This document shows, in pieces, positions 58,910-64,000 of a stretch of 64,000 nt of DNA. Positions within the stretch are counted from its first letter, which is position 1; every line of letters starts with the position of its first letter. Origin of the DNA: Deltaproteobacteria bacterium (lineage in GTDB: Bacteria > Myxococcota > Kuafuiibacteriia > Kuafuiibacteriales > Kuafuiibacteriaceae); contig JAVJQW010000038.1 in NCBI GenBank assembly GCA_040218735.1, positions 1 to 64,000 of the forward strand, given 5' to 3'. The notes under the pieces are model-generated. The model saw only the letters and a list, made by a program, of their open reading frames with translations. It was not told the origin of the DNA and did no database searches. The position numbers were made by a program, and so were the translations under genes.

Positions 58910-61900
58910 CCCGCGCCGAAGCGACGTGCAGGACGAAGGGCGCCCAGTAGTAGGGCGCCCGCCAGCGCGCCTCGCGGCGCAGCGCTCGTTGCGCGGCTCG
59001 AAGCGCCGCCGCGGGGGTTGCGCCGTCGAGGCGGGCCTCGTGAAAGCGGGTCAGCATCGGCCCCGCGCCGCGATCGTGGACCCGCCACAGGCTCCCGAGG
59101 ACCGCCTGCGATCCCGCGAAGAGGAACGCGCGCGTCAGACCGACCAACCCCTCCCCGGAGACATAGGCGCCTCGCGCCGAATCACACGCGCTCAGAACGA
59201 CGAGCTCGGCGTCCAGCCGGAGACCGTAGATATCGTGGACGCCGAGCCGTCCGTCGATCGCCTCTCCCTGCTCGTCGACCTGCGAGAGGACGAGCACCGA
59301 CCGCTCCGGTCGTCGGTCATCGACGATCGCGTGGGTTGCGAGGTGCACGACCTCCTGGGTCGCCAAGCCCCCTTCGAACACGAACGCACGAGTAGCGTCG
59401 AAGCCCTGGACGATCCGCGTCGGTCGTTTGCGGATCTCGAAGAGCGCTTCGATGCGTCGCACTTCTTCGGCCGAGAACGCCAGCCGCGGGAGGGGCATCG
59501 TCGTCGCCGCGGGGGGCGCCGGTGGCGCGCGGGTATCGAACGTATCGAACACCGGATCCGCGATCGCGAGCAGCCCTGCCGTCGTCGAGCGCTCCTTCCG
59601 ATCCGGCGACTCCACCAGGACCGACGCCGACGGTGCCGTCCACGTGTTGGTCGTCTCGACGAGCGGCGCGCCGTCGACGGGGATCGCCGCGAACGGCACG
59701 AGGTGCAGCGGGCCGTCCGGAACGACGATGAGGTTGGGCCCGATGGGACCCAGCGGGGCGAGGACACGCGCACCGAGTTGGCTCGCCGTTCGTTCGAAGC
59801 TCGAGTCGGCCGCGAGGATCCGCCGCCGCCGTGATTCGGAGGACTCGTCGACGAAGGTGTTGCGCGCGGTGAGTTGGGCGTGGGCGCTGCGCGCGAGATC
59901 ACGAATCGTCCCCGCGGATCCGAGCTCCACCACGTCGAAGCTGCTGCGGGTGAAGCGCCACGCGACCGCGTGGTCGTGGCCGAGCAGGTAGACGGCGAGC
60001 GTGGTGTCCGGTGGGATGTTCTGTTGGATCTGCGCGAGAGTGGAGGTCGGCGGATCGCTGAGCGCGGCGAAGCGGGGGCTCTTCTTCGCGATGCGCGCGT
60101 CGAGGCGATCGATGGTGGTGAGGGCGGTGTCGACTGCGAGGTGCGCCGCCTCGATCTTCGCGGCGTCGCCGCTCTGTTGCGCGCTTCGAAGGTCACGTTC
60201 GGCCGCGCGGAAGGTGCGCAAGTCACGTTGACGCTCGGCGGCGAGTGACGACGGGACGTCGACGTCGATGCCGGCCGCACGCGCACGGAGGCCCTCCAGC
60301 ATGGTTCGGGCGCGGGCGCGCTCGCTCAACACGAAGGCCGTGTAGGCGTCACCGACCGCTCCCTTGCGTCGGTAGCGCTCGAGCATCAGCGCGACGTGCA
60401 GATCGTAGAGCTCGCGCATCGACGCGACGTAGGTGCTGCGGTTGCGTGCTGCTCCCAACTCCGAGCGGATCGATTCGACCATCGACGTCGCTTCGACGAC
60501 CAACGCGAGCGCACGATCGACGTCGCCGCGTCGTGCGGCCACCGAAGCCGTCGCGGCGAGACCGACGGCGACGTCTCGCGGGTAACCGAGCGATCGATTG
60601 AGCTCGACGGACTCCGAGAGCGCACGCTCGGCCTCGTCGTACTTCTCGAGCGCCGCGAGCGCGCGGCCCGCGAGGAGTCGGTTGTCGGCGACGCCGATCT
60701 TGGAGCCGTTGGCTTCGTGAAGGGCGAGGGCCTGCGCGTGCAGCGGGAGCGCGAGGTCGGCGCGTCCGCGCTGCCGGTGGATCGAACCGACCAGATCGAG
60801 CGCGAAGCCCTTTCGGTCGCTCCCGAACGTGAGCTCGCTGCGCTTGTCGTAAGCGGACTGCGCGAGCGTCAGCGCGGTCTCGAGCTCCCCGAGGTCGGCG
60901 TGTGCGACGGCGAGGTCGGAGAGCACCTCGGGGACGGTCTTGGCTTCGTCGTGCTCGCGCCGAAGCTCGAGCGCTCGTTCGAAGAGCTCGATCGCCCGGT
61001 GGGGATCGCCGAGCGCGAGGTGAACGACGCCCATCTTGTGGAGCGCGAGGCCGGTTTTGTGCTCTTGCCCGTTGCGCCGCAGGACGTCGACGCCGCGCTG
61101 CAGGGAGGCGAGGGCGTCGTCGTAGCGCGCGCGTGCGGTGTACTGGATGCCGAGGTTGACGAGGCAGATGGACTCGCCGAGCCCGTCGTCGATCGCGACG
61201 GACAGCTCGAGGGCGCGCTCGTAGCGCGCGATCGCCTCGTGGTGGTCGCCGAAGTAGGCCGCGAGGTTGCCGAGCCCGATGCCGCTGACGAGCTGGCCGA
61301 AGCGATCGTCGATGCGTTCACGGATCTCGAGCGCGCGCGCCCGAAGCGCGACCCCGTCCGAGCGGTGGCCCAGGTGTTTCATCAGCGCGCCGCGGCGATC
61401 GATTGCGTACGCGACGAAGAAGGGCTCTTCGAGCGCCTCCCACATCGCTTCCGCTTGTTTCCACGCGCGCTCGGCCTCGACGTCTGCGCCTTCGTCGTTC
61501 GATTTGGCGAGCGCGCGTGCGCGTTGGAGCTCGGCGTAGGCCTCGGCACGCGCGCGGTCTTTCGCGGTCGCCGGGCGACGGGTGACTTCGAGGCGAAACC
61601 GCCCGGGGCGCGCGCGTGCGACCGTCGCCGACACTTCGATCCACCAGACGGCGTCCGTCGAGGCGACGAAGCCGATCGACTCTTGGCCTTCGACGCCTCC
61701 GACGCGCTCGAGGTCGTACGTGGCCTCCGCTTCCTTCGGACCGGCGCGGAGGCGGAGGTCGATGCGATCCTGGACGGCGACGATCTCGACGAAGTCGCCG
61801 GCGGCGAACGCGACGAGGAAACGCGGCGTCTGGCCGGGGGAAAGCGGCGCCTCGATCGGTGTATCGGGGGCGATCGGGCGCGGGCCTGCGGGCCTGCAGG

Positions 61901-61985
61901 CGGCGGTCGCAAGGAGGGTCGCGAGGAGGAGGAAGCCGAGCGCGGGTCGGCTCAGCGGAGTCGGAAGCCCCCGCGGGCGCGGCAT
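58896..61985 (-). CDS. CHAT-domain protease with TPR repeats (lipoprotein)
   Basis: TAAC lipobox, TPRs, SERARAR, VPDGPLHLVPFAA, HLATHA (His), LSACDS (Cys) and PYYWAPF. Confidence 0.9.
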   Translation of the reverse strand: MPRPRGLPTPLSRPALGFLLLATLLATAACRPAGPRPIAPDTPIEAPLSPGQTPRFLVAFAAGDFVEIVAVQDRIDLRLRAGPKEAEATYDLERVGGVEGQESIGFVASTDAVWWIEVSATVARARPGRFRLEVTRRPATAKDRARAEAYAELQRARALAKSNDEGADVEAERAWKQAEAMWEALEEPFFVAYAIDRRGALMKHLGHRSDGVALRARALEIRERIDDRFGQLVSGIGLGNLAAYFGDHHEAIARYERALELSVAIDDGLGESICLVNLGIQYTARARYDDALASLQRGVDVLRRNGQEHKTGLALHKMGVVHLALGDPHRAIELFERALELRREHDEAKTVPEVLSDLAVAHADLGELETALTLAQSAYDKRSELTFGSDRKGFALDLVGSIHRQRGRADLALPLHAQALALHEANGSKIGVADNRLLAGRALAALEKYDEAERALSESVELNRSLGYPRDVAVGLAATASVAARRGDVDRALALVVEATSMVESIRSELGAARNRSTYVASMRELYDLHVALMLERYRRKGAVGDAYTAFVLSERARARTMLEGLRARAAGIDVDVPSSLAAERQRDLRTFRAAERDLRSAQQSGDAAKIEAAHLAVDTALTTIDRLDARIAKKSPRFAALSDPPTSTLAQIQQNIPPDTTLAVYLLGHDHAVAWRFTRSSFDVVELGSAGTIRDLARSAHAQLTARNTFVDESSESRRRRILAADSSFERTASQLGARVLAPLGPIGPNLIVVPDGPLHLVPFAAIPVDGAPLVETTNTWTAPSASVLVESPDRKERSTTAGLLAIADPVFDTFDTRAPPAPPAATTMPLPRLAFSAEEVRRIEALFEIRKRPTRIVQGFDATRAFVFEGGLATQEVVHLATHAIVDDRRPERSVLVLSQVDEQGEAIDGRLGVHDIYGLRLDAELVVLSACDSARGAYVSGEGLVGLTRAFLFAGSQAVLGSLWRVHDRGAGPMLTRFHEARLDGATPAAALRAAQRALRREARWRAPYYWAPFVLHVASARASDA

Positions 61986-63886
61986 CGTCCTTCGATGCAG
62001 TCTTCGCTCGTCTGGGTGCATGGCGTCGCGACGTCGCAGGTCTCGCCCGAGCCGGAGAACATCTCGGTCCGGGCGCGGCCCACGAAGGATACACGTCCGC
62101 GGACGTCCAGGCCCGGTCCGCACGCGCCCGGCGCACACGCGACGCTCGACGTACGACTCGTGGCCAACGGGCGGCCGCACATCCACACGCCGCGCCGACC
62201 TCCGCTCTGACCGTCGGCGTCGATGACCGCGCGGCAGTAGCCGCTCGGATCGTCGGCGCAGTCGCCGCCGAGGTGGAGCTGGGAATCGGGGCACCCGATC
62301 TCACAGGACGCGCCGCCGTAGTTGTAGTCGCAGCCACACATCAATCGACCGAAGTTGCCCTCGAGCCCGTCCTGCACCACCCCGTCCCGGCGCGTGGGGT
62401 CGTAGCCGGGGCACAGCGTTGGCCATTCGGTCCCTTCGTCCACGCAGCCGCGGGCGTAGTCGGTGGCCTCGTCCTCGGGACCGTACGCCGTGAAACGCGC
62501 CGCGAAGAAGCCGACGAGGCCGATCGCATCGTCGGCGTGGGAGGACGTCGTGGTCTCACAGGCGAGCAGGTCGCCGTCGTCGAGGCCGCAGCGGTTGAGG
62601 TCGTAGCTCGGTGCGCCGGACGCCGGCCACACCTCGTCGACGCGGAGCTGGGAGGGCGTCGTCGTCGCGTCTTTGCCGACGATCTCCGCGCACCGGAATT
62701 GGCTGTGGTGGTTCATGCCGCGGAAGGGGCCGTCGGGCACGACGCCGAGCTCGCAGACGCCGTGGGCGGGGATGACCCCCGCGACGGTCGAGCCGTCCGT
62801 GAGGAGGACGGCCGGACAGCTACCGTCCGTCGCTTCACATCCGTACCGCGCGAAGTCGTGGGCGACCGTGTGACCGGCCGAGAAGCTCGCGGCGCGACGG
62901 CGAGTACACGAGCGCCAATACCCTCCGCTGTCGTCGCGGTAGTCGAGCGGGAAGTCGTCATCGCAGCGGCGCCGCTCGGCGATGACGTAGCGGCCCACGC
63001 CGTTTTCGCCCGGCTCGAACCGCGATGTGTGCAGCTCGACGAAGTGGCTCATCTGGGTGAACACACTCATCCACGCGCGGCCCTCCGAGAGCCCGACGCG
63101 ATCCCACTCCGTGAGGTCGGCGATGCGGTTGTCGTTGAAGTCCGCGGTGCGGTCTGCGCACAGCTTCGTCAGCGGGTTCAGCTCGGCGGGGCGGGGGACG
63201 CCGTTGCCGTAGGTGTAGCCGAAGCCACCGATCGGCTCGTCGTTGTCGTCCGTCTCGTAGAGCGCGACGGCGCCCGAGGCGCCGAGCTCGGTAACGGTGA
63301 CCTCGTGGGTCTGTCCCAGCTCGTTTTCGAGGACGAAGCGATCGATTCGGCGCACGTCGCAACGAGCGTTCAGGCGAATCGCGTCGTCGGTGGCGTTGAC
63401 GTAGTTGAACGCGGACCGCGTCGTCCAACCGTCACCGTCGGCGTCGCAAGCCACCGCGACCCGTGAGCTGGGGCTGTCGTCGAAGTAGAAGCCCGGCCGC
63501 GTCTCACAGACGCAACCTCCGTTGCGGTCGGTGACCGGCCAGAGCTCGCCGGTCGAGCCCTCGGCGTCGCACGGTCCGCAGTCGACGCACGCCTCGGTGT
63601 CGACGTGCACTGCCTGGTCGTCGCGGCACCCTTCGTCGATCGGGACACACGCTTCACCGGCCTCCTCGAAGCCGGCGACGCAGTCACCGCAGGAGCCGTC
63701 CGCCGAACACGTGCGCATCTGGTCGTCGCACGGCGTGCAATCGATCGGAGGCGGCGGAGGCGGAGGCGGAGGCTCGCAGTTCTCACACGGCTCGTCCCCG
63801 GGGGGCGGTGTGAGCGTGACTCCGTCGTCCCCGCCGGAGCAGGCCGAGATGGCCAGGGCGAACAGGATGGCGTTGATGCGTTTCAT
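61952..63886 (-). CDS. Cys-rich lipoprotein with EGF-like motifs
   Basis: GAGGAG RBS, ISAC lipobox, CVCETRPGFY, CGCDYNYGGASC and DADGDG. Confidence 0.8.
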   Translation of the reverse strand: MKRINAILFALAISACSGGDDGVTLTPPPGDEPCENCEPPPPPPPPPIDCTPCDDQMRTCSADGSCGDCVAGFEEAGEACVPIDEGCRDDQAVHVDTEACVDCGPCDAEGSTGELWPVTDRNGGCVCETRPGFYFDDSPSSRVAVACDADGDGWTTRSAFNYVNATDDAIRLNARCDVRRIDRFVLENELGQTHEVTVTELGASGAVALYETDDNDEPIGGFGYTYGNGVPRPAELNPLTKLCADRTADFNDNRIADLTEWDRVGLSEGRAWMSVFTQMSHFVELHTSRFEPGENGVGRYVIAERRRCDDDFPLDYRDDSGGYWRSCTRRRAASFSAGHTVAHDFARYGCEATDGSCPAVLLTDGSTVAGVIPAHGVCELGVVPDGPFRGMNHHSQFRCAEIVGKDATTTPSQLRVDEVWPASGAPSYDLNRCGLDDGDLLACETTTSSHADDAIGLVGFFAARFTAYGPEDEATDYARGCVDEGTEWPTLCPGYDPTRRDGVVQDGLEGNFGRLMCGCDYNYGGASCEIGCPDSQLHLGGDCADDPSGYCRAVIDADGQSGGRRGVWMCGRPLATSRTSSVACAPGACGPGLDVRGRVSFVGRARTEMFSGSGETCDVATPCTQTSEDCIEGRCRARGGFRLR

Positions 63887-63897
63887 GGCGACGCTCC

Positions 63898-64000
63898 TCA
63901 CAGCTCGGTGAAGTCCGAGTAGTAGACGTAGAGGCGGAGGTCCGTGATCGACCGCAGGTTGATGTCCTCGTTCACCGCCTCGTCGCGCTGATTGAAGACG
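63898..64000 (-). CDS. C-terminal fragment of a gene entering from the right edge (partial)
   Basis: Reads VFNQRDEAVNEDINLRSITDLRLYVYYSDFTEL* with strong GC3 bias and ends 11 nt before the next start. Confidence 0.75.
   Translation of the reverse strand, partial: VFNQRDEAVNEDINLRSITDLRLYVYYSDFTEL

Noticed and set aside
1-64000. tRNA, rRNA, IS elements, prophage genes, CRISPR arrays
   Set aside because: None were recognised by eye, and intergenic spaces are short. Small RNAs cannot be excluded without covariance-model searches.

Overview
Very GC-rich bacterial DNA with a Myxococcota-like gene repertoire: four Hanks-type Ser/Thr kinases, a PP2C phosphatase, two ECF sigma factors, caspase and CHAT proteases, and many Cys-rich lipoproteins. 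The window opens with the 3' end of a group II intron (domains V and VI, about 46-139). Its terminal AT appears to supply the first two bases of the thrC start codon, and its domain VI carries a Shine-Dalgarno-like AAGGA. Housekeeping genes (thrC, glgB, phhB, SDR, two aldo/keto reductases, two GT2s, an AEC transporter) are mixed with unusual surface or secreted proteins: a lipoprotein with thrombospondin-like EGF repeats and a TSP C-terminal-like domain, a six-SLH M15-like peptidase, an RTX-repeat calpain-like protease, a protein-glutaminase-like enzyme and a divergent SelO. The right end holds an ECF/anti-sigma/caspase module, then a signal-peptide-bearing SpvB-FG-GAP-RHS (TcB-TcC-like) fusion with a low-complexity, non-enzymatic-looking C-terminal cargo and no immunity gene. 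It converges on an operon of a CHAT-TPR protease, a Cys-rich lipoprotein and a truncated gene whose C-terminus resembles the TcA TcB-binding end. All annotations come from reading motifs by eye; no database searches were run.
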